Below, one piece after another: positions 27,101 through 41,045 of a DNA stretch of 64,000 nt. The notes beneath the pieces were generated by a model. That model had not been told where the DNA came from. It did not search any database and saw nothing but the letters and a program-made list of their open reading frames with translations. The position numbers were made by a program, and so were the translations under genes. The number at the start of each line of letters is the position of its first letter. Within the stretch, counting starts at the first letter, position 1. This DNA comes from an uncultured Collinsella sp. GTDB taxonomy: Bacteria > Actinomycetota > Coriobacteriia > Coriobacteriales > Coriobacteriaceae. The DNA lies in NCBI GenBank assembly GCA_902496845.1, contig CABVCJ010000001.1, forward strand, positions 12,129 to 76,128. The letters run 5' to 3'.

Positions 27101-28117
27101 TTATAGCGAGTCTCTCTGGATCAGCTGCATGTGCATCACGGAGGTGGTGGGCTCGGCACCCTTGATCATGTCGAGCGCAATGTTGGCGGCCATGTGGCCT
27201 TCTTCGCGCAGGGGCTGGCGGACGGTCGTGAGCGCGGGGACGCAGCGCGTCGCAATCTCGTGATCGTCGAAGCCGACGACAGAAATGTCCGCCGGAACGG
27301 ATAGGCCTGCCTCGTTGAGTGCGGTGATGACGCCAGCCGCGATACGGTCCGATCCGCAGAGCACGCCATCGAAAGCAATCTCGCGCGCGAGGATCTGGTG
27401 CATGGCCTGATAGCCGTCTCCGTTGTTCCAGCCGGTATAGATAACGTTTGCGTCTGGGAGGTCTTCGCCCAAGACGGCGCGGTAGCCGCGCAGGCGGTCG
27501 ACAACGGCGGGGTTGTCTTGCGGTCCCAACACGGCGACGATATCTTTGCGCCCTCGCTCCTTCATAGCGAGCGCTGCAAAGCGTCCGCCCTCTTCGTCGT
27601 CAGAGTAGACCGTCGAGAACACATCGCGATAGGGGTGGCCCTCGAGCTGGCCGCACAACACGGTGGGTACGCCCAGCTCGCACAGTACCTCGAGCAGCTC
27701 GCTGCCCTTGTAGGGGGAGACGTCGATCACGGCGTCGAACGAGCGGCGCTCAAAGTGCTCGCGTGCGCGGTTGCGCTCATGCGTAGAAGACGCCTGCAAG
27801 ATAACGGGCAGATAGGACGACTCCGACAGTTCCTCGGTAATGCCGCTCAAAAACTCGCTATAGGTGGGGTCGCTGAAGAGTTCACTCAGGGGCTCGGTCA
27901 CGAGCACGGCGATGATTTCCGTGCGCCCGACAGCGAGCGCTCGGCCACGAGCGTTGGGGACAAAATTGACTTCCTTGGCCGCCGCGCGGACGCGCTTTTT
28001 GGTTTCCTCGCTAATGCGGGGCGAATCGTTGAGAGCGCGCGATGCCGTGGAGCGCGACACGCCGGCAGCTGCGGCAACCTCGGCAAGCGTAGGTGCGGTG
28101 CGAACTGGTTGGGTCAT
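27101..28117 (-). CDS. LacI family repressor (divergent from the ebgA-like gene)
   Basis: TLAEVAAAAGVSRSTASRALN HTH, VPADISVVGFDD, LTTVRQP. Confidence 0.95.
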   Translation of the reverse strand: MTQPVRTAPTLAEVAAAAGVSRSTASRALNDSPRISEETKKRVRAAAKEVNFVPNARGRALAVGRTEIIAVLVTEPLSELFSDPTYSEFLSGITEELSESSYLPVILQASSTHERNRAREHFERRSFDAVIDVSPYKGSELLEVLCELGVPTVLCGQLEGHPYRDVFSTVYSDDEEGGRFAALAMKERGRKDIVAVLGPQDNPAVVDRLRGYRAVLGEDLPDANVIYTGWNNGDGYQAMHQILAREIAFDGVLCGSDRIAAGVITALNEAGLSVPADISVVGFDDHEIATRCVPALTTVRQPLREEGHMAANIALDMIKGAEPTTSVMHMQLIQRDSL

Positions 28118-28360
28118 GGCGTCTCCTGGAAAATGCGGTCGATGTTGTCACTGATACGGGCTGGTGCGGATACAGCTTACTATAGTGCGTCTGAACAGCG
28201 TTCATGATATCCGGTGACCGGCGTCGTTTTGCAACCAAGCCGAAATCGAATACGTCTCGTGTGGGTGAGATATCAGCGGGCGTGGAGGTTGCCTACGAGC
28301 TTAAGAACGATGTCTTGTGCTGAGTTTCGATACTCAGGGTGACATAAGTGTTGCGATTGT

Positions 28361-28461
28361 ACAACCGGTTGCACCGTTAACCCTGCCAAATCGACCGTTC
28401 AGCGGACAACCGGTTGCACAGTTTTTTACATCGCCCGTAAGATAAGGACAACCGGTTGCAC
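28361..28461. promoter_or_regulatory. Three LacI-type operators ACAACCGGTTGCAC
   Basis: Identical 14-mers at 28361, 28406 and 28448 with palindromic core CAACCGGTTG, between the LacI gene and the GH2 gene. Confidence 0.85.
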
Positions 28462-28481
28462 AAGAATCACTACGATGATGA

Positions 28482-31502
<3,021 letters not shown>

Positions 31503-31505
31503 GTC

Positions 31506-31961
31506 ATGCATGTCTTTAACTCGCGCGCCGATTTCGACGCTCAGATGAAGTCCGTCAAGAAGTGGATGCGTACCGGTCAGGCACTCGACGGCGTTTCTGA
31601 ACTGCAGCACGATGTGGCGTACTCTATCGGCGACTCGCTGGTGTATTGGTGGGTGAACGCCCACGAGGCGGCTACTGCCGATCTGGTCGGTCACCGTCGC
31701 TACCATGCCGTGCTCGCCCCGCTCGACGGCAATCTGACCGTTGAGGTGGCTTCCAAGGCCGATCTTACCTGTACGCGCGCCTACAGCGATATCGATGATC
31801 GCGAGCGCTTTGAGGGTACGGGGGAGACCGTGACGATTCCCGCCGGCGGCGTTGCCGTCGTCGAAATTGACGAGGCCTACCGTGTCGTGGCCGATGCCGC
31901 GGATCCCCGCGTCGTGGTACTGCACGTGACAGTCGAAGGTTATTCCTTCCCCAACAAGTAG
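31506..31961 (+). CDS. ebgC: EbgC-like beta subunit (YhcH/YjgK/YiaL family)
   Basis: KKWMR, YSIGDSLVY, GHRRY, YSDIDDRE, VTVEG; follows the ebgA-like gene. Confidence 0.8.
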   Translation: MHVFNSRADFDAQMKSVKKWMRTGQALDGVSELQHDVAYSIGDSLVYWWVNAHEAATADLVGHRRYHAVLAPLDGNLTVEVASKADLTCTRAYSDIDDRERFEGTGETVTIPAGGVAVVEIDEAYRVVADAADPRVVVLHVTVEGYSFPNK

Positions 31962-32102
31962 TATTCGTCCGCCTGGACGTTTGCTTCGCGCCGTTAAGGG
32001 GGATGGCTTTGTTGACTCCCTTTTCCCCATTCCCCTTAGCAGGTGCGCCATCCGTGTTTGCACTTGCAGCTCGGACGGTTTTAGATGACATTTAACAGAT
32101 GA

Positions 32103-33578
<1,476 letters not shown>

Positions 33579-33625
33579 CGGCTAGGATTAATCTACGGCT
33601 GTGGAATAAATCGATTCCCTTTCCT

Positions 33626-33655
33626 AAGGAGGGGCCTTACGAGGCCCCTCCTTTT
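33626..33655 (+). terminator. Intrinsic terminator
   Basis: AAGGAGGGGCCT-TACG-AGGCCCCTCCTT followed by TT. Confidence 0.8.
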
Positions 33656-33678
33656 GTGTTTTGGAGCATGGTTTTGGA

Positions 33679-33907
33679 CCCTGTGGGCAAAAAATGCCAA
33701 ATATGAGTACTGTTGCAAAAGAGGTGTCATATTTTTCGGCCTGTTCTGAGCGAAAATGGGCTCAAAATCAATCTATCTAACCCCCCCTTAAAGGGCGTTT
33801 GACGGCTTTCAACCTCTTCGAATCGCTCAAAGTAGGCAATTTGCTCTCGATTTTGCTGCTACTCAATTGGTGACAGTACTCATATTTGCCACTTTTTGAC
33901 CACGGGG
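33679..33907. mobile_element. MITE-like element, family B (229 bp, 35-bp terminal inverted repeats)
   Basis: CCCTGTGGGCAAAAAATGCCAAATATGAGTACTGT vs ACAGTACTCATATTTGCCACTTTTTGACCACGGGG (31/35 complementary); AT-rich non-coding interior. Confidence 0.6.
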
Positions 33908-34000
33908 TATCCGGAGGGGCCCTCGACAAGCATCTAACGCTACAATAACTACCACGTGGCTGGGTTTGCCGGCCGAATGTGCGATGTCGTGGGAGGGGAC

Positions 34001-34249
34001 ATGGTCGAGTTTACAAAGACGATTAAAGATCCGTTGGGATTACATGCCCGCCCGGTTGCGCTGCTCTATGACATCATTGCCAAGCATCGTAGCGACGTGT
34101 CAGTCAGCATCGGCGATCGCCACACGGATGGCCGCGATGTCATGGGACTCATGGCTCTCTACGGCGAGTGCGGCGAGGACATCATCTTCCGCGTTTCGGG
34201 CGTAGACGAGGCTTCCTGCGTTACGTCGATCAGAAACCTCTCGCTCTAA
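34001..34249 (+). CDS. HPr-family phosphocarrier protein
   Basis: GLHARP with His15/Arg17; DGRDVMGLMAL at the Ser46 helix; RBS GGAGGGG. Confidence 0.88.
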   Translation: MVEFTKTIKDPLGLHARPVALLYDIIAKHRSDVSVSIGDRHTDGRDVMGLMALYGECGEDIIFRVSGVDEASCVTSIRNLSL

Positions 34250-34302
34250 CCTCAACAATGTGACAAAGGGGCAGTCCCCTCTGTTGCATCAATTGGTATG
34301 GC

Positions 34303-34342
34303 AAGGCGCCGCAAAGAGACAGTCTTTGCGGCGCCTTTGTTT
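34303..34342 (+). terminator. Intrinsic terminator
   Basis: AAGGCGCCGCAAAGA...TCTTTGCGGCGCCTT followed by TGTTT. Confidence 0.7.
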
Positions 34343-34385
34343 CGTATAGGAAACTTTTTCGAAATCTGAATGCGGACCCTTTCCA

Positions 34386-34439
34386 AAAAGTTAACCACGT
34401 GTTAGTTTACTATAGCGAACATAGGCGTGGTTAACTTTT
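34386..34439. promoter_or_regulatory. Candidate metal-regulator (DtxR/MntR-like) sites in the feo promoter
   Basis: 14-bp inverted repeat AAAAGTTAACCACG/CGTGGTTAACTTTT containing NTAG-N6-TTAA-like boxes. Confidence 0.5.
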
Positions 34440-34481
34440 ACCGTGTCGATGTTAAGGACGAACTGACGTTAGGAGCCACTC

Positions 34482-34724
34482 ATGTCTTGCGGACCGCAGA
34501 TGCCGGCCATGCCGCTTTCGATGGTAAAAGCGGGCGAAACCGTGCGCGTGTCCCGTGTAAAGGGCAATGAGGACATGAAACACCACCTCAAGGACCTCGG
34601 CTTTGTCGAGGGCAACGAAATCCACGTGGTGAGCTCGAGTGGCGCCAATATTATCGTCACCGTGCTGGGCGCACGCTTTGGTATCGATTCCAAGGTTGCC
34701 ATGCACATCATGACCGTCGGTTAG
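34482..34724 (+). CDS. feoA: FeoA family protein
   Basis: MPLSMVKAGE, HLKDLGFVEG, GARFGI. Confidence 0.9.
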   Translation: MSCGPQMPAMPLSMVKAGETVRVSRVKGNEDMKHHLKDLGFVEGNEIHVVSSSGANIIVTVLGARFGIDSKVAMHIMTVG

Positions 34725-34763
34725 TCTGCAGCATTTCATAAAAACCGAAAGGGGGACAAGAGG

Positions 34764-34985
34764 ATGAAGACGTTGGGTGACGTTAAGGTGGGCGAGAGCT
34801 CCACCATCGTCAAGCTTCACGGTGAGGGTGCGCTTCGCCGCCACCTTATGGACCTGGGACTCATCAAGGGCACTTCGTTCAAGGTCGTGAAGGTTGCACC
34901 GCTCGGTGATCCGGTCGAGATCAACGTGCGCGGCTACGAGCTTTCCATCCGCAAGGAGGAGGCCGCCGTCGTCGAGGTCCAGTAA
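34764..34985 (+). CDS. feoA: FeoA family protein (second copy)
   Basis: RRHLMDLGLIKG, APLGDPVEINVRGYELSIRKEEA. Confidence 0.93.
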   Translation: MKTLGDVKVGESSTIVKLHGEGALRRHLMDLGLIKGTSFKVVKVAPLGDPVEINVRGYELSIRKEEAAVVEVQ

Positions 34986-35013
34986 GGACTCGTGGCGCAT
35001 ATTTCTGCAGATA

Positions 35014-35033
35014 AAGTTAGGTTTTTCTAACTT
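35014..35033. promoter_or_regulatory. Palindromic DtxR/MntR-like box upstream of feoB
   Basis: AAGTTAG-GTTTTT-CTAACTT (TTAG-N6-CTAA). Confidence 0.55.
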
Positions 35034-35108
35034 AATGCAGCATCTTTGAAGCACATTATCCAGCCTGCGCGGAGAAAGCAGCGCAGGCACACAAGGAAGA
35101 AGGATTGA

Positions 35109-37436
35109 ATGGCGGATTCTCAGATCCATGTCGCGTTGGCGGGTAACCCCAACTGCGGCAAGACCACGCTTTTCAACCTGATCACCGGCGCCAACGGCTA
35201 CGTTGGCAACTGGCCCGGCGTCACGGTTGAGAAAAAGGAGGCCAAGCTCCTAAGCGACAAGAACGTTACCATCACGGACCTCCCTGGCATCTACTCGCTT
35301 TCCCCCTACAGCCCCGAGGAGCAGTGCTCGCGCGATTACCTCATGAGCGGCGAGCCCGATGTTGTCGTCCAAGTCGTCGATGCCACCAACCTCGAGCGTA
35401 ACCTGTACCTGGCGCTTCAGGTTATCGAGACCGGCCTGCCCGTGGTCGTTGCCCTCAACATGGCCGACCTGGTCGAGAAGAACGGCGATAAGATCGACAC
35501 GGACAAGCTTTCCAAGAAGCTCGGTTGCCCGGTCATGATGATCTCGGCTCTTAAGAACAAGGGCATCACGGAGCTGTTCGATCAGGTCAAGAAGTCCGCT
35601 GCTTCTAAGGGCCAGGTACCGGTGCACAAGTTCGATTCCTCCATCGAGGACGTTCTGGACCACATCGAGAATAACCTGCCTGCGAGCGTTCCCGCCAACA
35701 AGCGTCGCTACTACGCCGTCAAGCTGTTTGAGCGCGATGCAGACGCCTGCAAGCTCATCAACCTCACTAAGGAGAAGGCTGCTCGCGTGGAGGAGCTGGT
35801 CGCCCAGTGCGAGCAGGACTGCGACGACGATGCCGAGTCCATCATCACCGGTGAGCGCTATGGCGTCATCGCGCACATCATCGATGAGTGCCTCACTAAG
35901 GCTCCGGCCAAGATGAGCACCTCCGAGAAGATCGACCGCGTGGTTACCAACCGTATCCTGGGTCTGCCGATCTTTGTGGTCATCATGTTCTGCGTGTACT
36001 ACATCGCCGTTTCTACCTTGGGCGGCACGGTGACCGACTTCACTAACGACCAGCTCTTCGGTACCGACGGTTGGTACGTGCTCGGTCAGGGCCGCGACGC
36101 CTACGACGCGGCCGTCGAGGCTGCGGGCGACAATGCCGACTCGGTCGACCCGGCACAGTACGGCCCCTATGTCCCGGGTATCACCACCGTGGTGCACGAC
36201 GCCCTTGTGGCGGGCGGCACCGAGGACGGTGGCCTGGTCGATTCGCTGGTCTGTGACGGCATCGTCGGCGGCCTGGGCGCTATCTTCGGCTTTGTGCCGC
36301 AGATGTTCCTGCTGTTCGTCATGCTGTCCTTCCTGGAGGACTGCGGTTACATGGCCCGCGTCGCCTTCATCATGGACCGCGTGTTCCGCCGCTTTGGCCT
36401 GTCCGGTAAGTCCTTTATCCCCATGCTCGTGTCCTCGGGCTGCGGCGTCCCCGGCGTCATGGCTACCAAGACCATCGAGAACGAGAAGGACCGCCGCATG
36501 ACGGTCATGACCACCACGTTCATCCCCTGCGGCGCCAAGCTGCCGATCATCGCCCTGCTCATGGGCTCCATCATCGGCGATTCTTCCACCACCGCCGCGT
36601 GGATCAGCCCGCTCTTCTACTTCCTGGGCGTCTTTGCCGTCATCGCCTCGGGCCTCATGCTCAAGAAGACCAAGCTCTTCGCCGGTCGCCCGACGCCGTT
36701 CGTTATGGAGCTTCCTGCCTATCACTTCCCGGCGATCCGCTCTTGGGCGCTGCACGTGTGGGAGCGCTGCTGGGCCTTTATCAAGAAGGCCGGCACGGTC
36801 ATCTTCGCGTCCACCGTCGTGGTTTGGTTCCTCTCCAACTTTGGTAGCTACAACGGTTCTTTTGGTTTCCTGCCTGCGATGGACGGCATCCCCGAGGAGT
36901 TCATGGACTACTCCGTGCTTGCCATGCTCGGCAACCTGGTCGCTTGGATCTTCGCCCCGCTCGGCTTTAGCACCTGGCAGGCCACCGCGCTGACCGTCTC
37001 GGGTCTCGTCGCCAAGGAGAACGTCGTCGCCACCGCCGGCTCGCTGCTGTCCGTCGCCGACGCGGGCGAGACCGACCCGAGCCTGTGGACCGCGTTTGCC
37101 GGCATGTTTCCGACTATGGGCGCTTGCGTTGCCTTTGGCGCTTTCAACCTGCTGTGCGCCCCGTGCTTTGCCGCCATGGGCACTATCCGCAACCAGATGG
37201 ACTCCGGCAAGTGGACCGCGATTGCCATCGGCTACGAGTGCGCCTTCGCTTGGGTCATCGGCCTGTTCATCAACCAGTTCTACAACCTGCTTGTCCTTGG
37301 GCAGTTTGGTATCTGGACGATTGTCGCTATCGTGCTGCTGGTTGCGATGCTCTTCCAGATCTTCCGTCCCATGCCCAAACATGCATGGACCGACGAGGAC
37401 GAGACCAACACTGCTTCCGCCGCAGTTTCCGCTTAA
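35109..37436 (+). CDS. feoB: Ferrous iron transporter B
   Basis: GNPNCGKT, GNWPGVTVE, DLPG, NMAD GTPase motifs; LEDCGYMAR, GCGVP, FVMELP, PC gate. Confidence 0.97.
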   Translation: MADSQIHVALAGNPNCGKTTLFNLITGANGYVGNWPGVTVEKKEAKLLSDKNVTITDLPGIYSLSPYSPEEQCSRDYLMSGEPDVVVQVVDATNLERNLYLALQVIETGLPVVVALNMADLVEKNGDKIDTDKLSKKLGCPVMMISALKNKGITELFDQVKKSAASKGQVPVHKFDSSIEDVLDHIENNLPASVPANKRRYYAVKLFERDADACKLINLTKEKAARVEELVAQCEQDCDDDAESIITGERYGVIAHIIDECLTKAPAKMSTSEKIDRVVTNRILGLPIFVVIMFCVYYIAVSTLGGTVTDFTNDQLFGTDGWYVLGQGRDAYDAAVEAAGDNADSVDPAQYGPYVPGITTVVHDALVAGGTEDGGLVDSLVCDGIVGGLGAIFGFVPQMFLLFVMLSFLEDCGYMARVAFIMDRVFRRFGLSGKSFIPMLVSSGCGVPGVMATKTIENEKDRRMTVMTTTFIPCGAKLPIIALLMGSIIGDSSTTAAWISPLFYFLGVFAVIASGLMLKKTKLFAGRPTPFVMELPAYHFPAIRSWALHVWERCWAFIKKAGTVIFASTVVVWFLSNFGSYNGSFGFLPAMDGIPEEFMDYSVLAMLGNLVAWIFAPLGFSTWQATALTVSGLVAKENVVATAGSLLSVADAGETDPSLWTAFAGMFPTMGACVAFGAFNLLCAPCFAAMGTIRNQMDSGKWTAIAIGYECAFAWVIGLFINQFYNLLVLGQFGIWTIVAIVLLVAMLFQIFRPMPKHAWTDEDETNTASAAVSA

Positions 37437-37465
37437 GTCCGAATAAGGATTAGCCCCTTTTCACG

Positions 37466-37497
37466 AGCCCGGGTGTCCCAGCGACCCCGGGCTTTTT
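37466..37497 (+). terminator. Intrinsic terminator after feoB
   Basis: AGCCCGGG...CCCGGGCT followed by TTTT. Confidence 0.7.
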
Positions 37498-37638
37498 GTG
37501 CATGGGAGACAGATTACTTTGCCCCAGAAGTTAAGATGTGGCGTTTCCGCAGATAAAACCGACCAAAATTAACCTGTCCCTTTTTGGTAGGTGGAGAATG
37601 GGGTAAAGTAAGTGATGGTTAACTAAAGGAGGCTTGCT

Positions 37639-37839
37639 ATGGCACCTATCGATATTGTTGTACTGGCTGTTATCGGCGTTGCGTTTGTCGCCGTGTGCGT
37701 GCGCATCTACCGCAAGGGCACCTGCGCCGACTGCGCTCAGGGTGGCGTTTGCACGGGGCATTGTTCTAACAAAAAGACTTGTGCCGCGCTTAAGGGCGTA
37801 GACAAAATCGCCGAAGACTTGGGTCGCGGTATCAAATAA
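37639..37839 (+). CDS. FeoB-associated Cys-rich small membrane protein
   Basis: RBS AAGGAGG; one TM then CADC-x4-C-x3-C-x5-C. Confidence 0.8.
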   Translation: MAPIDIVVLAVIGVAFVAVCVRIYRKGTCADCAQGGVCTGHCSNKKTCAALKGVDKIAEDLGRGIK

Positions 37840-37983
37840 GGTCCGGACATCCAAGCGCTCCGCGGGCATCCGTTCGCGGGGCGCTTTGTGCATTTGAGGG
37901 AGAGCACGGCGAGTCGAAGAGTATTTTTGGGGTATCGTTAACTGGACTATTAATTGGCAACTTATCTGTAACGGAGTAACCGC

Positions 37984-39063
37984 ATGAGCGCTCGCGTAAC
38001 CATGAAGGACATAGCCGCCGAGCTTGGCGTTTCCATCAATACCGTGCACAAGGCTCTGACGGGAAAGGCCGGCGTGAGCGAATCCGTGCGCGCCAAGGTG
38101 AACGCTAAGGCCGAGGCCATGGGCTATCACCGCAACACAAGTGCCTCAAGCCTGCGCCGCAAGGATATCAATCTGGTGTTTTGCCTGCCCCGCGCATCGC
38201 GCGAGGGAGCGTACTTTTTCCGTTACCTGTGGGAAGGCTGCAATCGCTTTGAACAGGAGGTCATCGACCGGGGCATTACGGTTGAGCGCGTTGAATTTGG
38301 CGTGGGCGGCTACGCTGATGCACTCGAGCAAATCGACGAGCGTCTGCAGGTGGGCGAGAAGATTGATGGCTTGCTCGCCTATGCGCCGGGCGACGATCGT
38401 GCGACTGAGCTTTTGGGGCAGATCGCCGAGGCGGGCGTGACGATTGAGCTTGTCGACGGCGACCGTCCGCATTTGAATCGTTTGGGTGCGAGCTTGGCCG
38501 ATTATTCGACGGCAGGCAGCCTTATGGCCGAGCAGGCGGCAAACCTGGTCCATGCTTCTGGGGCCGACGCCCGCGTGCTCCTTTTGACAGGCGACCCATA
38601 TACCGATTCGCACTATCTAACCGCCCGCGCCTTCCACAATTACCTGCGCGAACGTGATATTCCATGGCAGGTTGAGGATCTTGCAGGTGCCCATGCGCAA
38701 GTCAAACAACTCGAGCATGAGCTCGAAAAGCGCTTGAGTGCGCCGGACGCCCCTGAACTTATCTGTAGCGTTTTTGCCGTTGGTTCCGAAGTGGTTGCCG
38801 ACGCGCTCGTCTCGGCCGGCAAGGCCGGTCAGGTCATGGTGATCGGCAACGACCTGTTTCCCGAAAGCGCCCTGGCCTTGCGCCGCGGTATCTTTACCAA
38901 TATTGTCTATAAGGACCCGACGAGCCTGGCGTATCGCGGCGCCAAGACACTGGGCGATTATTTGCTGTGGGGAAGGACCCCGACGGAGCCCGTCCAGAAG
39001 GGCGCCGTCGAGATGGTATTTGCCAGCAATGTCGACCGCTACTGCGAACTTGCGGGTATTTAG
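37984..39063 (+). CDS. LacI family regulator, likely repressor of the uronate/pectin regulon
   Basis: VTMKDIAAELGVSINTVHKAL HTH plus sugar-binding domain; adjacent to uxaC. Confidence 0.9.
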   Translation: MSARVTMKDIAAELGVSINTVHKALTGKAGVSESVRAKVNAKAEAMGYHRNTSASSLRRKDINLVFCLPRASREGAYFFRYLWEGCNRFEQEVIDRGITVERVEFGVGGYADALEQIDERLQVGEKIDGLLAYAPGDDRATELLGQIAEAGVTIELVDGDRPHLNRLGASLADYSTAGSLMAEQAANLVHASGADARVLLLTGDPYTDSHYLTARAFHNYLRERDIPWQVEDLAGAHAQVKQLEHELEKRLSAPDAPELICSVFAVGSEVVADALVSAGKAGQVMVIGNDLFPESALALRRGIFTNIVYKDPTSLAYRGAKTLGDYLLWGRTPTEPVQKGAVEMVFASNVDRYCELAGI

Positions 39064-39088
39064 CCGATTGAGCAGGTACCCCCTCTTG

Positions 39089-39287
39089 CGACGTGCATTT
39101 TTGGGAGTATTCAGCATTGGCATGCCCTGAATGAGGTGCAGAACGACTGTTTTAAGTGCCCCCGATGGCGTAATTTGCCATCGGGGGCACTTTTTATGCC
39201 GATCGGGCGCTATCTGCGTTCCAAATAGGACGCTGAGGATGGCGCACGGCGCGCTCCAATGCTGAATACTCCCAAAAATGTACGTCG
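39089..39287. mobile_element. MITE-like element, family A (199 bp, 32-bp terminal inverted repeats)
   Basis: CGACGTGCATTTTTGGGAGTATTCAGCATTGG / CCAATGCTGAATACTCCCAAAAATGTACGTCG, one mismatch; internal hairpin AAGTGCCCCCGATGGC/GCCATCGGGGCACTT. Confidence 0.65.
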
Positions 39288-39418
39288 GGACATGACCCAC
39301 CTGAGCAAAAGCGCTCAAGTTCGGTGTTCGGGGACGCCAACCGGTCCGCAATGCATGCAAGTCACAGCTCCGGCAACCGTTGAACGGGCAAAACCTACCG
39401 TTCACCCCATGGTTGTTA

Positions 39419-39470
39419 GGTGAACGTTCACCTTTTGAGTCGTAATGGATTAGTATGGTGAACGTTCACC
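39419..39470. promoter_or_regulatory. Two operators GGTGAACGTTCACC upstream of uxaC
   Basis: Perfect 14-bp palindromes at 39419 and 39457. Confidence 0.88.
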
Positions 39471-39523
39471 TAGAGGATGACGAGCGTATTGTGCGCCCGC
39501 TCCGCAAACAAAGGGGTTGTTTG

Positions 39524-40951
39524 ATGAAAAACTTCATGGACGATCAGGATTTCCTGCTGAGCACCAAGACCGGCGAGGAGCTGTTCCACAACTTTGCCGA
39601 GGGCATGCCCATCGTCGACTATCACTGCCACATTTCTCCTAAGGAGATTTGGGAGGACAAGCGTTTCGAGAACATCACCGAGGTTTGGCTGGGCGGCGAC
39701 CACTACAAGTGGCGCCTGATGCGTGCCAACGGCGTCGACGAGCGTTTTATCACTGGCGACGCCCCTGCTCGCGAGAAGTTCCAAAAGTGGGCCGAGACCC
39801 TGGGTCGCTGCGTTGGCAACCCCGTCTTTGAGTGGAGCCACCTGGAGCTTAAGCGCTACTTTGGCTACGAGGGCGTCCTCAACGGCAAGACTGCCCAGGA
39901 GGTCTGGGACCTTGCCAACGCCAAGCTCGCTGAGGCTAGCTTTACCTGCCGTAACCTGATCAAGCAGTCCAACGTCCGCATGATCTGCACTACCGACGAC
40001 CCCGCCGACAGCTTTGAGTGGCACAAGAAGATTGCCGCCGACGACAGCTTTGACGTTCAGGTCGTTCCCGCCATGCGCCCCGATGCCGCTTTGCGCATCG
40101 AGCGCGGCCAGGAGTTTGCCGACTACTGCAAGCACCTTTCCGAGGTTGCCGGCGTTGAGGTCAGCGACTTCGAGGGCATGAAGGCTGCCATTTCCAAGCG
40201 CTACGACGTTGCTCACGAGCTGGGCTGCCGCGCCTCCGACCACGCACTCGACTACGTTATGTACGTCCCGGCTACCGCCGACGAGATCGAGGCCATCTTT
40301 GCCAAGGGCCTGGCTGCTGAGCCGCTCACCGAGGAAGAAGTCCTCAAGTACAAGACTGCCTTTATGCAGTTCGTTGCCGGTGAGTATGTCCGTCTGGGCT
40401 GGGCCATGCAGCTGCACTTTGGCTGCAAGCGCGACAACAACCGCGCCATGTTCGCCAAGCTCGGTCCCGACACCGGCTACGACTGCATCTCCAACTACAC
40501 GCCGTCCGACCAGCTCGCCGATTTCCTCAACTCCATCCAGGAGACCTGCGGCCTGCCCAAGACCATCCTGTACAGCCTGAACCCCATCGATAACACCATG
40601 ATCGATACCGTCATGGGTTGCTTCCAGGAGGCTCCGACTGCCGGTAAGATTCAGAACGGCTCCGCCTGGTGGTTCAACGACAACGAGGTCGGCATGCGCG
40701 AGCAGCTTACGGCTCTGGCTAACGAGGGCGTGTTGGGCAACTTTGTGGGCATGCTTACCGATTCCCGCTCCTTCCTGTCCTATCCGCGCCACGAGTACTT
40801 CCGTCGCGTGCTGTGCAGCGTGATCGGCGAGTGGGTCGAGCAGGGCAAGTACCCGGCCGACATGGAGCTGCTGGGCGAGGTTGTGCGTGACATCAGCTAC
40901 AACAATGCGGTCCGCTACTTTGGCTTTGACCTGGACACCTACGAGGCCTAA
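39524..40951 (+). CDS. uxaC: Uronate isomerase
   Basis: PIVDYHCH, GDHYKWRLMR, TTDDP, GSAWWFND, GMLTDSRSFLSYPRHEYFRR. Confidence 0.96.
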   Translation: MKNFMDDQDFLLSTKTGEELFHNFAEGMPIVDYHCHISPKEIWEDKRFENITEVWLGGDHYKWRLMRANGVDERFITGDAPAREKFQKWAETLGRCVGNPVFEWSHLELKRYFGYEGVLNGKTAQEVWDLANAKLAEASFTCRNLIKQSNVRMICTTDDPADSFEWHKKIAADDSFDVQVVPAMRPDAALRIERGQEFADYCKHLSEVAGVEVSDFEGMKAAISKRYDVAHELGCRASDHALDYVMYVPATADEIEAIFAKGLAAEPLTEEEVLKYKTAFMQFVAGEYVRLGWAMQLHFGCKRDNNRAMFAKLGPDTGYDCISNYTPSDQLADFLNSIQETCGLPKTILYSLNPIDNTMIDTVMGCFQEAPTAGKIQNGSAWWFNDNEVGMREQLTALANEGVLGNFVGMLTDSRSFLSYPRHEYFRRVLCSVIGEWVEQGKYPADMELLGEVVRDISYNNAVRYFGFDLDTYEA

Positions 40952-41045
40952 GCCCGCATCGAATCACATCGAACCCTGGGCGCCGTTGCCACACGCGGAG
41001 CCCCGTTTTGCTTGCACGCTAACAAACATCTAAGGAGACACATAG

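Noticed and set aside
35002..37557. TTTC(T/C)GCAGATAAA seen before feoB and before the Cys-rich gene
   Set aside because: Only two short copies; resembles a common actinobacterial intergenic motif; no function can be supported.
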